In this document: positions 22,650 through 35,845 of the stretch, one piece after another
Numbering within the stretch: the stretch's first letter is position 1
How the letters are laid out: the number at the start of each line of letters is the position of its first letter
From: Moniliella sp. 'wahieum'
Lineage: Eukaryota
Direction of reading: 5' to 3'
DNA: 64,000 bases
NCBI GenBank assembly: GCA_003971905.1
Contig: RSEE01000004.1
Location: 186,001 to 250,000, forward strand
Position numbers and translations under genes: made by a program
Notes under the pieces: model-generated
The model's database searches: none
The model's input: only the letters and a program-made list of their open reading frames with translations
Told to the model about the DNA's origin: nothing

Positions 22650-24836
22650 TTATCTTCTGCCGAGGTCATGGAGCACCCACAGCTTAATCTGAGCTTCGTC
22701 CCACAGCCCTCGCATGAATCCATCTTTCCTTCTCGCATCCCGTATCCCTTCCCCCTTTGACCCTACGTCAATTCTTTTGCACGGTCCAGCCACGCCCAGT
22801 GTTCGAAACCTTGTTGCCCCATACGCGCTCCCTTTATCGGCAACTGCATCCATAGTCACTTGAGCATTGTCCAACTCCCTTTCCATCCATGAATTATCCC
22901 AACGTTTTGGACGAATGGTGAGGTATATCTTGCGCTACACTTTCACTCAGCCAACGCCAACCAAGTGGTCCCAGCAACGACGATCAGCAACGTGCGCACC
23001 TCCTCCGCCTGGGGCCTGCCAAGGAGCGCAGACGCCATTTCCGAAGGAATCCATGAGAGTTGGTGCACGTCCAAGGGATGGAACCGAGTCGTGTTCAACC
23101 GTTGCCCTGGTGCGGGCGGCTGGGCGAGGGGGACGGTGGCCGCGGTCATGGCGGTCTGTGAGGTGGGTGAAGTAGCTGGACGGTCACGACGTAAAGGGTG
23201 CGCCAAGGGCTCGGGACGCGGCGCAGGCGCAGGCGCAGGGACCAAGACGAGATTCGTAAGGGAAGCAAAGCTTTCGGTACAGAGGTAGGCGTCGGTCCCA
23301 CTTCGGCCCCTTCCAATTTCCAAATGCGAATCAGGCCATCGGGGCAGACCATGGCTACGAACGGGTAGGCGGCAGCGACGGGAAGCGCGACCGAAGCAAA
23401 ATCTTCCCCCCCGATGGAGGAAGGGAGCGGACGATGCAGTTCGGCGCGGAGATGGGCGATTGGACCCGCGGGTCGGTGGGGATCTCCCACAGCCGCGCTG
23501 TGCCGCTGTAGTGGACGACCAACACCCGTTCTGGGTCACCCGTGCGGACCAAGGGAATATACTTTGAACGGGGTCGCGCTGCCTGAACGAGGTAGGAGGA
23601 GAGATCATGCCACAGACGCGAGGGAAATCGATCTCCTCTTCCGACGGGGGCGAATCAAAACGAAGGGGTGCAGCGTACAGACGCTCTAGACGGAGGATTT
23701 GTCCGTCCCGTAAGCCAAGAAGAGAGTAGTAGTGCTCGGATAAACGGCAAGCACATCGGGCTGAGATGTCCTTTTCCTTGACTTGTTATTGTACGAGGAA
23801 AAGTAATGCTGTAGGGCCTCGTTTTGTTTGTCGCGAGCCCCGTAGAGGACCGGACCCATGCTTGCACCACCACCCCATCGTCGGCTGGTGGATGTAGTGG
23901 TGACGACATATATCCGTCTTTACTGGCAGACAGGATGAGGCCCATTTGACCCAATCACTGGGTCAGGTGAAACGATGGTCATGTCACAGGCATTGCCATC
24001 GACAGTGTCCTCGTCAAGGTTGACCGAACCGAGGCAATGGCAGAGCGTCCTTGGCGCATGAGGATGAGCCACGAGCGGGGCCTGAGCTGCGATGGAAAGA
24101 CCAATGGTGCTGGGCAAGTCAGGAGAGAGGAGCCACTGGAGAAGGTTGCGGATGCCCAAGGAAGCCCCAGCTACTACCGGCAGGCCATAGCTCCTCCCCG
24201 ACTGACTGAACGCAAAAATTTCCCCGATCATTTGATGATTCAGAGCCCAGGGCGGGATGTGATCCAAAAACCTGCACGTGTTTCTCCCAGGAGAGTGACA
24301 GCACCTCCGGTAAATACAACGAGGATTGCACCTTTCCCTCCGACCAAGTCAACGCCTAGCGATCGGGGACCCTCTTGCTCAAGGTGGGGGCATTCCACCA
24401 CTGGGTAAAGGTTAACATCTGTGCGAAGACTCATTCAAGGGAAACCGGCGTACATCATGTACCGAATCCCCGCATCAGAATGCTGGGGGAAGATATTGTC
24501 ATTTCAACGAAGGAAGCCAGAGCTGGGTGGTGGACAAGCTGAAGACGCAGCTGATTGGCCCACATATGGTCCCATTCGGATCTGATCGCGCCTGGCTGGG
24601 CTAAGCCCTGACGCAAACGAAGAAGGGCGGAGGTGCCGGAAAAAACAGGGGAGGGCCCAAATGCGCTGGGGGCCCAAGGGGGGCAGGCACAGCTAGGCGA
24701 TGGCCAGTGGAATCCGCAGAGGTGTCGTGGGAAGGAGGGCGCTTGCGTTTGCGTGGCGGCGGTGGCTGCACCCCTGCTTTTTGTGGTGGCGCTTTGAAGA
24801 AGCGTTGCCGCTCTGGTCCCATGTGTACCCTGGCAT
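22650..24836 (-). CDS. WD40 beta-propeller protein, DCAF4/WDR21-like; frameshifted
   Basis: N-terminus reconstructs as MPGYTWDPERQRFFK, like the PGFYxDPEKxRYF motif of DCAF4. WD-like blades ILSASKDG, SGTARLWEI, DGLIRIWKL, QIKLWVL. Confidence 0.55.
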
Positions 24837-25179
24837 CTCGAAAGGGGGAGAAACGCCCATGGTGCTCGATACGAGGCAATCAAAATGCCTGCCAAAGGGA
24901 TGATGTCGATGGTAACGTGGTAACCGGAAAGGGCTAAACGAAATTGGCCCTCAAAAAGTTGGCGGTTGATATGCAATCACAATCGGTTGAAATGTTCTCT
25001 GGCTATGCTGTTTTTGCTTTGGGATACATGTTCTGCGGTTAAGTAGCTGTAAAGTCCCCCGACCCTACTCCATTCTGCCCTTTTCAAACTCTATCGTTTG
25101 TATATGTATCCGTGCACCGACCTTTCCAGACCAAATATCTGTATCCTGTGTCGATCGACATTAAGCAAACACACAGCCC

Positions 25180-26814
25180 TCACTTGTCCTCCGGCTCCGG
25201 AGCCAGTCCCTGGCGAGTGGCTTCAGTGGCACGAGTGTGGTGGTCGGGCGTAGCGGACTGGGTAGGCGCCGAGCCTTCCGAGACAGCGTCCTCCGCCGGG
25301 TCAGTGGCCATGCCCTCGTCCAAAAAGTCCTCGGTGGCCGGGTTGGGTCAAACTCCACCTCCGGCTCGGAATCCGGTTGTTCTTCCGGGTCCAGCTCCAC
25401 CGTCTCTTGCTTCCCCCACGTCGCTGGCTCCGCCTCGTCGGTGGCGGGCGAAGTAGCAGGCGCCTCGGGCGTGGTCGCCTCCGTCACAGGCACACTCTCC
25501 CCGACCCGGAAGCCAGGGCAAACGATTTGGGCCGGCCGCCGATTGCAGAGACAGCCTCCTTGCCCGGCAGCGCAGCACGGTATTGCTCTGCGGTCCAAGG
25601 AAGGTGTTTCTTAGCGGCCATTTGCTGGGCCGCCTTGCCATCCGCGCCAAAGCTGACGGGGAACCCGAGCTTGGCAGACTCGACCACGTTGGGCGGGACC
25701 GAGTCCGGGTTGCCCCACGGCAACGACTTGTCCCATGGCTCCGCCGTCTTTTCGGCCATGTTCGAGTAGCCACCCACCTCTGCGCCAACCATCTTGGACA
25801 ACCACGTCGAGGGGAAGGTGCGGTAGGTTGCACCGTTGGCCCGCTTGAGCTTGTTCTTGTTCTTCTGGGAAGCGGTAACATGACGAATGACAGGCAAGTC
25901 GTCAAAGTAGGGTCCACGCTACAAGGCACCAGAGCGGAAAGGGAAGAAGGGTAAGAGGAGGGTCAGTATCAAAAACAGCACATTTGCAACACGCCAATGG
26001 GCAAAGGAATGGGTAGCGTACGTTGGATTCAGCCACCATGTCATCAAAGCGGTCGAAAACCCACTTGATGTTTTGGTTCACGTTGGGGAAGCGGGCGCAA
26101 GAGATCTTGACCCAGCCCAAGCCACGCTCCAACACATCGTCCCACGACATGGCGCCAACGAACGGTAGGGGGCCTTCTCGGTTCCGGGCATGTGGTTGAG
26201 AGCGTCCGTGCGCGAGGGGTCGTAGCGCGTAGCAGCAAGTTGAAGGAACTTTTTGCGAGCCTGCTTGGTAGGCAGCAACCCGATGCAAAGAGCTTCTCGA
26301 CCGGGAAGTCAATGCGTGCCTTGAGGGTCATCGGCTCGTCCTTCGTGCCTTGAAAGTGCATGGTGCGCAGACGCAGGAAGTGATGCTTGTCCGGCACGCG
26401 AAGGGCGTGACAAATTCTGCGGGGGATCAGCGGGCAGAGAGGTAAAGAACCAAAGTGAACATAGGCCGAATGGTTAGAGGGGGGGTTGCACCACAATCAT
26501 CACGTGGACGAGGGAGACCAGTACGCACGAGATAGCCTTGGCAGTTCGTTCTCCACCAAACGCGCATAGGTGGCGAGGACACGGTGGCGGTCAATGTCCT
26601 GGTGGAGGGGGAAGGGGACATCCTGATCCAAAAAGTCGTACATCTCCTCCATGCGGTGCTCCGGCTTGGCACCGCGCTCGAGGAACCAAGAGCCATGGGA
26701 AGTGTTGACGGACATGGCCTTGGAGTGGGCCGCGGCGGACGTAGAAAGGGCGCGAAGGCCCGTGGCGGACCGAAGGGCGGGTGCCTGCCGAGCGACAGCG
26801 CGAGCGAGCAGCAT
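25180..26814 (-). CDS. RSM24: Mitochondrial small ribosomal subunit protein mS35 (Rsm24-like); two probable introns
   Basis: Presequence MLLARAVARQAPALRS; HQDIDRHRVLATYARLVENELPRL; KFLQLAATRYDP...GWVKISCARFPNVNQNIKWVFDRFDDMVAES matches the MRP-S28/mS35 pattern. Confidence 0.78.
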
Positions 26815-28032
26815 GGCGCGCACGGGGTAGACCTGGGAGGAGGTGGGACAGGGGGCGCGCAGCCTCTGCTTGGGGCAAGAATGAATGAGCGAACGAAGAT
26901 GAGAGCTGAGGACCACCTCTTACGTCAGCCGAGCTTCCGGGTCTCCCCGCTGGTTCCGCCTTGGGTGTCAATCCGACGCCGGCATGTCTGGGATGCGATC
27001 GGTGCAATGCAGGAGTGGCCGTGCTTGGGCTGCTGGGGGCGCAGGAGGGAGCCGGACTGGCGCCGAGCGGCGCCGTGCACGGGCCCGCCTTGGGTTCGAT
27101 CGGATGGGCGGAGCCGCACAGGGCCGCTCTTCTGCGTGGGCCTGAGCGGGAGCGCGTGAGCAGCGGCAGCGGTGTGCACTGGGGGGCGGATACACCGCAC
27201 GGGGTTGCACCTGCCACGCCAGCCATGGGGGGCGGCCCGCATGCGGCACGGGGTGGCAGACCGACGGCAGACGCCAGCGCTGGCAGGGGGGGAGCGGATG
27301 GCGCCGAGACGCACTGCCGCAGTGTGTGGGAGACCGCGCGGCGGGTGGGTGCTGTGCTACGGCAGGAGGGGGCGGGTGTGTGGGCTGGTGCGGGTTGCGC
27401 AGGCGGGCGCACGGGCGGCGGCCGCAGCAGCTGGCTTGCTGGCGGCGGGCGGGCGGCAGGAGCGGCGCGTGGCAGCCCACCGGCCTGCGCCGTTGGCTGC
27501 GCTGAGCTCTGCTCTGCTCTGCGCACAACCGCATTGCTTGCGTGCCAACCCTGCCCACCCCGTCTCGCCCCGTCTCGCCCTTGCCTGCCCCACCGCGCGC
27601 CCACTGCAGCCGGCAGCGCCAGCACCTGCCAGCACCCCGCACCCCGCACCCCCCCCCACCCCGCACCCAGCACCTCACCCATCGGTCCAGTCAGCCAGTC
27701 TAGTGTGCTGCCTGCTGCCTGCTGCCTGCGGCCTGCTGCTCCACCCGTCTCGGCACCGACACCGCACCGCCACAGCTGTCACCGGCACTGCCCCTTGCGC
27801 CTGCCTCGCCGCCGTGACACCTGCCGCCTGCGCTGCGCTGCGCTGCCCCCCCTGCCCTCCACGCCCGTCGGCTGCGTTTAGCGTAACCCTCCCGCTCCTC
27901 GCCCCCGTGAGTGCCGCCTGCCCCCGCCCCGTGTCCACCGTGCCGAGCGTGCTGACCACTGACTGCCTGCCCTGCCTGTCTGCCTGCTGTCCCAACCGCT
28001 GACCCCCCCTCGATGCGTGCCTGCCCCACAGC

Positions 28033-29330
28033 ATGGACCCTCCCGACGCCTTTGGCTTTGGCGCACAGCCGCCCGCCGCTGCCGCCGGCTCCTTCCCCGG
28101 CTACCCCAACCTCGGCTACGCGTCCCAGCACACCGCCCACCACCACCAGCCCCACCACCCGTCCCAGCACCATCCGTCCGGCGCATATGGCGCGCCGGCC
28201 GCCACCGCCTTTGCCCCCTCTGCCAACAGCATGTACCTGCCGCCCTCGGCCGACCCCTACCAGCAGCCCCCCGGCCAGGCGTACGGCGGCATGTCGGCCT
28301 ATTCGGCCCAGTCCGCGTACTTCCCCACGGGCATGGTGCCCTCCCAGCTCCCGCCCCAGTCGGTCGACTCCCTTCTGACCCCGTCCGCGCCCAGCCACAA
28401 CCACGCCCACACCCCTATTGCGCGCCAAGCGCGTGCGGGCGACGCGCGCATGCTACCGCCCGCCTACCCTCTTGACGACCCTCAGTCCGAAGCCGACAGA
28501 GGCCGAGGCGGATCAGTCGCCCCCTCCTCCCGTTCGGCCGCGGAAAAACGGGCCGTGCCCGAGGCAGCCAAGAAACCGATGCGGGCGCATGTCAAGCCGC
28601 CGAAGCAGGCACCGTCGGCGTGGCAGCTCTTCTTCACCAAGAGCTGGCACTGCAGCGTAGTGCCAATCCACAGGGACGACTCAACGTTGCCCATGTCTCC
28701 AAGGGCGCCGGGGAGAAATACAATGCGCTGCCCGCGAGCGAAAAGGCCAAGTACCAAGCCGAGAGTCTCCGTCTCAAGGGAGAGTGGGAAGAAGCGATGC
28801 GCATATGGACTGCATCCTTGTCCCCCAGGACATCAAGCTGGAGAATGCCTACCGCACCCAGCAGCGCAAGGCGGGCAAGTCCCGCAAGGCCAACCTGAAG
28901 GACCCGCATGCACCCAAGAAACCATTGTCGGCGTACTTTTTGTTCCTCCCGGCATCCGCGCCTCGCCTGAACTTACCCAGAGCGTGTTTGCCGGCGCGGT
29001 AGGCACCACGAAACAATCCATGCTGGCCGCGACCCGTTGGCGCGAAATGAGTGAGAAGGAGAAGTTGCCATTCATCACCAAGGCGGAGCAGGACAAGGTG
29101 CGGTACGAACAGAGCCACAAAGTGTATGAGGCAGCCTTGGCCCGTGGCGTTCCCCACGACCGCATCGGTCGAAGCCAAGCAGGCCGGTTTGGCGGCAGCA
29201 GACCAAATGGCCAAGTCGAGTCCGGTGGTGGCGCAACTGATTCAAGAGGGTTTGCCTCGAGGCATTTCGTTTGACCCCAGCTCCAAGGAGTTTGACGGTA
29301 CCGGCGGCGGCGGCAGAACGGGCGGAATAA
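28033..29330 (+). CDS. Tandem HMG-box protein with a Pro/Gln/His-rich N-terminus; frameshifted
   Basis: KPPKQAPSAWQLFF and KDPHAPKKPLSAYFLF...RWREMSEKEKLPFITKAEQDKVRYE. Confidence 0.9.
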
Positions 29331-30054
29331 CTAGGTACCCCCCCCCCCCCCCCCCGCTCTCCTCCTTAGCCTAGGTCGAACTAGGACACCCAAAACTCCT
29401 CGGCCGCATTGCTGTTGTCTTGGGCCTGATCTTGCTGTGCGGTTGCGTCCGCCCCCCCTCTTGGCCCCATCTCTTTTTCTCTGATCGATAGGATGCAGAG
29501 GGGGCCTGTGCCCCTCTTCCCTGTCTCGCCTACTATGTGTATGACCCCCCGTGTATTTCCCCCCGTTCCCTTGCCCTGACCCCTGACTCTGAACGTCGGG
29601 ACGCTCAAGAGCACACCCTGGCCGGTGGTGACCACAGCGAAGGTTACCCTGCTAAGCCTTCCTTCCTGTGCGGCTCTATTTGTACAAATTTTGTTGACTC
29701 TGTTCGTGCGGAACGAACCGCACCCTGCTTCATTGACAGCAGTATACATGCGATTTCGTTCTCTTTGCCCTCGATGTGCTTTGATTGTGCTTGATACGTA
29801 TTATAGTGCCGTGGCTAGCGCTAGCGCTCTACATTAACTTTCTGTGGCGCATCGTCCATTCCAATGGCAGGCGTGTACGACGACCATGTGCCTCAGTGAT
29901 CAAGGATGACTTTTGTGGAAGACTCCAAATGTGAAGGAGGGTAGATTGGAAGGCCCACAAGATACCAACGGAGAGTTATCTAAAGCAAGATCGACGGAGA
30001 AGTAGGGAAGATATACAATCCGACACAGACGGTGAACCGTTCTCTCCGCTCGAC

Positions 30055-31726
30055 CTAAATGCGCCCGCGCCGCGTCTTGACAGATTGGAAGCCATCGGCT
30101 GCAACGTTGTCGCCGCCGCGGTTCTTACCTGAGCCTCGATTTCGGTTGTTGGCAGCCGGAGCAGTCGACTCCCGACGCTTGGGCCCCACCTGTACCACCG
30201 GCTGTCCTGGTGCCGTGGTAATCACGATGCCCTTTTTGGCTTGGGACGCGGCCAAGGCACGCCGGGCCACCTCGGGCGAATCAAAGTCAACAAACGCACC
30301 GCCTTGTGCGGCAAGAGGTTGACATGCAGCACTGGACCAAACGGCGACAAGGCTTTCCTCAAGTCCGCCTCCTTGATGTTACTCGTGACCGACTTGATGA
30401 AAACCGATGCATCTTTCACTTGCCCCTTGGGCGATGGTCGCGGAGCAGGGGCAGGTTTAACCGTCTCATTCTCAGCCGGAGCCACGACGGACGAGGTGGT
30501 AGAAATGGTGCTCATGCGGCGCTGGGTTGCCCCTGGTGCTTTGGAGGCCGCGGGTGCACTAGCAGCACCCTTGGTTGGCCCATGGGTTTCAGTCGGTTGT
30601 TTCGCCACAAGGCTCGCCCAGGTACGTTGGTTGGGTGTAGGAGAAGTAGGGGCTGGGGCTGGGGCTGGGATAGGGGTAGGGATCGAAGGAGAGGCTTGAG
30701 TTTGGGGTTGGGTTGTGAGTGGGGCAGGGGCAGGGGCTGGGCTGGGGCTGGGGCTGAGGTAGACGCAGAGGCCGAGGGACGTGTGGGGCGGACGGCGTGG
30801 GCACAGGTAACGCATCCTTAGTAACAATTGCTTGGGGAAACGGCCTGAGCGTGCGCGGGGTACCAGTAGCACTTGAAGCGGGGGAGTGGAGGTCGGAGCT
30901 GCCGAGCTACCTGCCGAGGGAGCAACCGATGTGGAAGAGGCGACTGATGATTCACCAACGGCGGTCGGAGGTGTGGAGACAGAAGGAGTCGCTCACAGAT
31001 GGTAGACTCGGCTGAGAGATCTCCTTGGCGACCTCGACAGTGGGCGCCGAAGTATGCTCTCCGTGCTGTCCAGCGTGGAGGCCATTAGCACAGGCGCTAC
31101 CGAAGGTGACACTTGCTCCGCCTTCACCTCCTGTCCCACCGCAACCGAGTTGGCAGTTGCCGTCCCATTGGGTACGGGGCCCGAGGGAGCAGCTCGTCAT
31201 CTTGCTCGAGGCGGAGAATGTCACTGAAGATAGAGATGATACCGGGGTGTCGATGGGGCAGAGGGGACGGAACCGAGCTGAATACGAGGGACTGGGAGAA
31301 GGGCGGAAGGGCAAAACAGTGCCTGGGCGGTGGGCAAAGCAATCTCCCCCACCACCTGGGTAAGAATTTGATGGGCACCAACAGGCACACTGTCGATCGA
31401 CTTGATGTACACGTACGTCCCGGGAGCTTGACTTGCATAGTAGGAAGCATGTGCTACGGTCCGAGTCAGACACCGCCATTGCAGAGGGGAAAGAGACGAA
31501 ACGTACAGTGTGGCCCATGACCTGGAACGGGATCGGTTCACCCTGAGAACGGGAGAGGTGAGCATCGGGATGGTAGAGCTGAGTTAGGTCGGCAGGCCGT
31601 TCGTGAGCAAGCTGCCAGTACCGGCCCATGACAAACCAGCTGAGAGCGGTGGGTTGTCAGCATACTGCCCAAAGGCGCCGAGCCAGAGTCTGCAGGGTCC
31701 GCAGCTGAAGTATCGGTGGCGGGCAT
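30055..31726 (-). CDS. NTF2-like + RRM protein of the G3BP/Bre5/Nxt3 family
   Basis: RYWQLAHERPADLTQLY (NTF2-like start), TWASLVAK motif, RRM SVFIKSV...LRKALSPFGPV, RG-rich tail. Confidence 0.8.
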
Positions 31727-32327
31727 GGCGAAGCAACGGGCGATGGAGAGGCGGAGATGGTGGCGAGAGTCTGCCCGCCGGTCTTTTTATCCAAGAAAAC
31801 CACCGATTTGCTAGTCTGCTAGGGTTACGCAGAGCGCCTGCCCACCTGCCCACCAGAGCACCCTGCTGCAGGCTGGTACACGGCCGCTGATAAACGCTTC
31901 ATCTGCGTGGCAACCTTCGTACCCATGCACTCGTGCCGGCCTGCGTGAGCATCTGACGGTCAAGCTCGCGTCTCGGTGCATACGTGCGTCGCCACCACCG
32001 CCTGGGTACTGAACACTACTGACCGACCACACGCCAGAACGCTATTTCACGACAAGCTAGCAGGTATGCAAGAAGAAACCTAATTAATAGGTCGCGGTGA
32101 TGCCGCAGGGGGACAGAGGCCGTGGGTAACCTCCCAAATGAAGCGAAGCTTTTAAGCAATGCATAACCACTAGCGCCTGGGATCAGGCATACCTTTTATC
32201 TGCACTGGGCCGTTGGGCAACCAGCGAGATGACCACCGCGGACCAACCAAGCAGCCTCAATGTGGATCAGCCCCCCAAGAAGCTCTCCACAGGCATAGCC
32301 ATAAGAGGGGGAGAATGTGCCTCAACC

Positions 32328-33535
32328 TTAGATGAGGTCGGCAATGTCCATGGGCATCTCCTCAATGTGGGTCGAGTAGAACATCTCAATCTCGCGCATC
32401 ATGGGGAGGTCGTCCTGGGTGACAAAGTGATGGCCACACCCTTACGACCAAGCGACCGCCACGGCCAATACGGTGGATGTAGTTCTCGCGGTTGGTAGGC
32501 AGGTCGTAGTTGATGACCAGCGACACTTGTGGACGTCGTATACGGGCAAGCAGGGTCGGTGGTGATGAGAATACGCGAGGAGCCGAGCGGAACTCCTGCA
32601 TGATCACGTCACGCTGCGACTGCTCCATGTCACCGTGCATGGCCGAGACAGTGAAGTCCTGGCTGATGAGCTGGTCGGTGAGCCAGTCGACCTTGCGGCG
32701 GGTGTTGCAGAAGATGACGGCCTGGGTGATGGTGAGCGTCTCGTACAGGTCGCACAGAGTCGCCAGCTTCCAGTCCTCCTTCTCGATGGAGATAAAGAAC
32801 TGACGGATACCCTCAAGCGTAAGCTCGTCACGCTGACCAAGATGCGGACGGGGTCGCGCATGAACTTCTTGGTCACCTCCAGCACATCGGTAGGCATGGT
32901 GGCCGAAAGAAGGACGACCTGAGTGTCTTGGGGAAGGCGCTGGAAATCTCGTACATCTGCTCCTTGAAACCCTTGGAGAGCATCTCGTCGGCCTCGTCAA
33001 GGCAGAACATCTTGAGGCGCTGGTCACAAAGTGGCCACGGTCAATCATGTCGAAGACACGGCCGGGGGTACCGACAACAACGTGAGGGCCCTCTTGCAGG
33101 CGGGCAATGTCCTCCGAGATACGGGTGCCACCAACGCAGGCATGGCAGTTGACCTTCAGGTAGTCACCAAGGGCGAGCACGACCTTCTGGATCTGGAGCG
33201 CAAGCTCACGGGTGGGAGCCAGGACAAGGGCCTGGGTCTTGTTGACCGTGGTGTCGATGCGCTGGAGAATCGAGATGGAGAAAGTGGCAGTCTTGCCGGT
33301 ACCCGACTGGGCCTGAGCAATGACATCGTTACCCTTGACGATGGGAACAATAGCACGCGCCTGGATAGCCGAGGGCTTCTCGAAACCATAGGCGTACACA
33401 CCGTGGACAAGGTCAGGCTTGAGGTCCATGGTGTCGAAGTTGTCGCACACCTGGTCCCAGTTGGACTCATGGTTGGCTCAGCCATGGGGTCGGTGCTGCC
33501 GCCAGCGGCGACCGGGGGATCTCAGTGTTAGACAT
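32328..33535 (-). CDS. TIF1: Eukaryotic translation initiation factor 4A (DEAD-box helicase); intronless, with apparent sequencing frameshifts
   Basis: [60 protein letters not shown], terminal [10 protein letters not shown]. Confidence 0.97.
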
Positions 33536-34124
33536 GATGGGCGAAGGTTAGGATCGAACTGAACTTTCCTTGCTCAGGAAAGAACCACTCGGAGAAGTAG
33601 GGGGGGGGGGGGTCGGAGGGGAGGTGGCTGCGAGGAAAGAAAGGTTAACGACCGCACGTGTGGCAAATAAGCGAGAATCACCCGAAGGCAACAGCGAGAC
33701 AAGGAGCGTGCACGATGCTTGCCAACGAGGGCATACGCACTTGGGATAGCGGGTAAGGATGGGATCCTTGGAGGAACAGAAGAAGAAAACGGAGACGCCG
33801 GGCAGCTTAAAGGCCATCATGTGGGGCGTGCAGTGCTCCAAGGAGCTCTAGGCCAGTGTCGACCAAAAATTGAAGGAAAATTTCAGCAGGGCGGCTCACT
33901 GCCTGTTCGGCAAGGGTTGCATGGCGTCTGCAACGCACTGGCCCTGTGCCGTCGCAGCAGCAGCGCACTGTTGGGCAAGAGCCGCAGCAAAGCGGAGGAG
34001 CACTGCCCCTTTGCTGTCGGGGTTCTCCGAAAAGGCATCGGTGCATCAGCTCGGTTACGTGGCCTTTGAAACTTCACAGTGAAAACTTAATATTTCAGGC
34101 TTGGCTGTGCAAAAAAATATTGCC

Positions 34125-34300
34125 AAGCGACGTCACGCGTCACGCGTTACATGTCACACGTCGCACGTCACGTGCCGAGGCGCCACCCAATGAGTAACTA
34201 GTAAGCGCCGTAACATGTAACAAGCCGCCAAAGCAACTCCTTCCCTCGAGATCATGCGACCCCTCCGTTGGGATCCTTGTTCGCATGTCATGCATGTCAC
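34125..34300. repeat. Palindromic heptamer arrays upstream of eIF4A
   Basis: ACGCGT-C-ACGCGT-T-ACATGT-C-ACACGT-C-GCACGT-C 34135-34169; TA-ACTAGT-AA ~34195; TA-ACATGT-AA ~34211. Confidence 0.85.
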
Positions 34301-34719
34301 ACCCGCGTTTGTACCATCTCCCTTCTTTGCCTTTGCCTCCTTGTCTGCAATGCAAATAGACTTCGATACTTTGGCTACCCACTTCACTTCCTTGCCTGAG
34401 GTGAAGGGGTGTTTCGCTTCTCTTGCTGACCTTCTTCTCTGCAAATGAGATTGCCTTGAAGAGTTTGCGGGTATCCCTTTGCCTCCTCACCTTACCTGGA
34501 TGCTGCCCCCGCAGCTGATCCCACAGGTCTCTGAATGTCTCCCAAGTCGTACTCTAGCACTCTAGTCCATTTACCGCAAAAACGGAGACACCGGTCTTTT
34601 CAGAACAAAAAATAAGGTACGTGGAGGTCGGGGTCGGACCATAACGGGACCAGAACGGGAGCAATGGTGCTGTGCGAAAAGGACACCAGCAGGCAGGGGA
34701 TGCTTGTTTGCTTGGATAA

Positions 34720-35490
34720 TCACCGCAGCTTCTTATCCTCGAAGAATACCTAGAGGGAACATGTACGTCAGAGAGGGATGCGAACTCGATGAACCAGGAA
34801 AAGTGGAAACTTACCCGCAGGTGGCGCAGCTGCCAAAGGCAGGTACAAAGAAGAACAACCAACTGAACTGCCGACCAGTACACCGCGCGTGAGTTGGTCT
34901 TTTCAGAAAGGTTGCGGAACTCGGCTTCGCGTTCGCGCTGGTATCGTTGTTCGCGGCGAATGTCGCGGACGAGCGCGTTAAGGTCTTTAACGCGGTTGGA
35001 CAACTCATTAACGTGATTCTGATTCTTGTGCGAGTGATCGGGCTTGGCGTCGCCAATATAATGTCAAGGGTGCATACGAATTTGGCCGTGGTCAGAGCGG
35101 TGGGAGGAGAGGTAGTCGGTAGACAGGCAATCTCGTGTTCCCCTTGTGGCTCGTAAAAGCAAACTTGCCCTCGCTAGGTGCACGGGTGGAGGTGAGGACG
35201 TGGGAATTGTCCAGCCACGAATCAAAATGTTCATACCCAAGTCATCATGGATGTTAAAGCGTTCCCTCGGACTTGTCCCATTCCTCAGCCATGTAGTGGC
35301 CCACGACAACTGTGTCGGAGGGAAGGTCCTCGATGAAGCACTTGCGCTCGTGCTGGTCAAGATAGAAGTAGAGCTACCCAGTCGAGAAGAGTCAGCATTC
35401 AATCGCCCAAGTCCGTGGAATAATACAAACCCCGTGCACAGCGTGTATCGAGGCGATGGCGAAGAGGCTGACCAACAGAAGCAAGCGCAT
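34720..35490 (-). CDS. p24/emp24/gp25L family cargo receptor, alpha-type (Erp1/TMED9-like); two introns
   Basis: Signal peptide MRLLLLVSLFAIASI; LYFYLDQHERKCFIEDLP; QRYQREREAEFRNLSEKTNSRAVYWS; TM followed by FFEDKKLR* (dilysine motif). Confidence 0.9.
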
Positions 35491-35845
35491 TGTTGTCGTA
35501 GGACAGCCGGGATCTCGGGTAGTGGTGGCGTCCAAGAAGCCAAGGCAATCAATCATCTGGCCAACGTGGAGCGCACGAGATCTTACCTAACCAGCTTAAC
35601 TCCACGTACCAGCGCGGATGAAATGTGAAATTCTATTCAGGCTCTGGACTATGGAGGCTCAATTAAAACCCCTGCCCACCACCCAATACGCTCAGGGTAA
35701 GCGCAGCTTGTGTTGAGGAAACCGAGAGCCAGCTTCATATACCCCCCTATTCGCTGTAACATGTAACATTCTATGTGCAAGAGCATTTCTGTACCCTCTC
35801 TCCCCTCTTGAAAGCATCCCGGGGGGGTCAGCATGTTCCAATCAT

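Noticed and set aside
19314..24836. Functional cluster of cullin substrate receptors (F-box + DCAF4-like)
   Set aside because: Convergent neighbours serving different cullins; adjacency alone is not evidence.
26591..28428. Long overlapping ORFs (236-363 aa) on both strands
   Set aside because: Very GC-rich, stop-poor divergent promoter/5' UTR between RSM24 and the HMG gene; the translations are low-complexity with no motifs.
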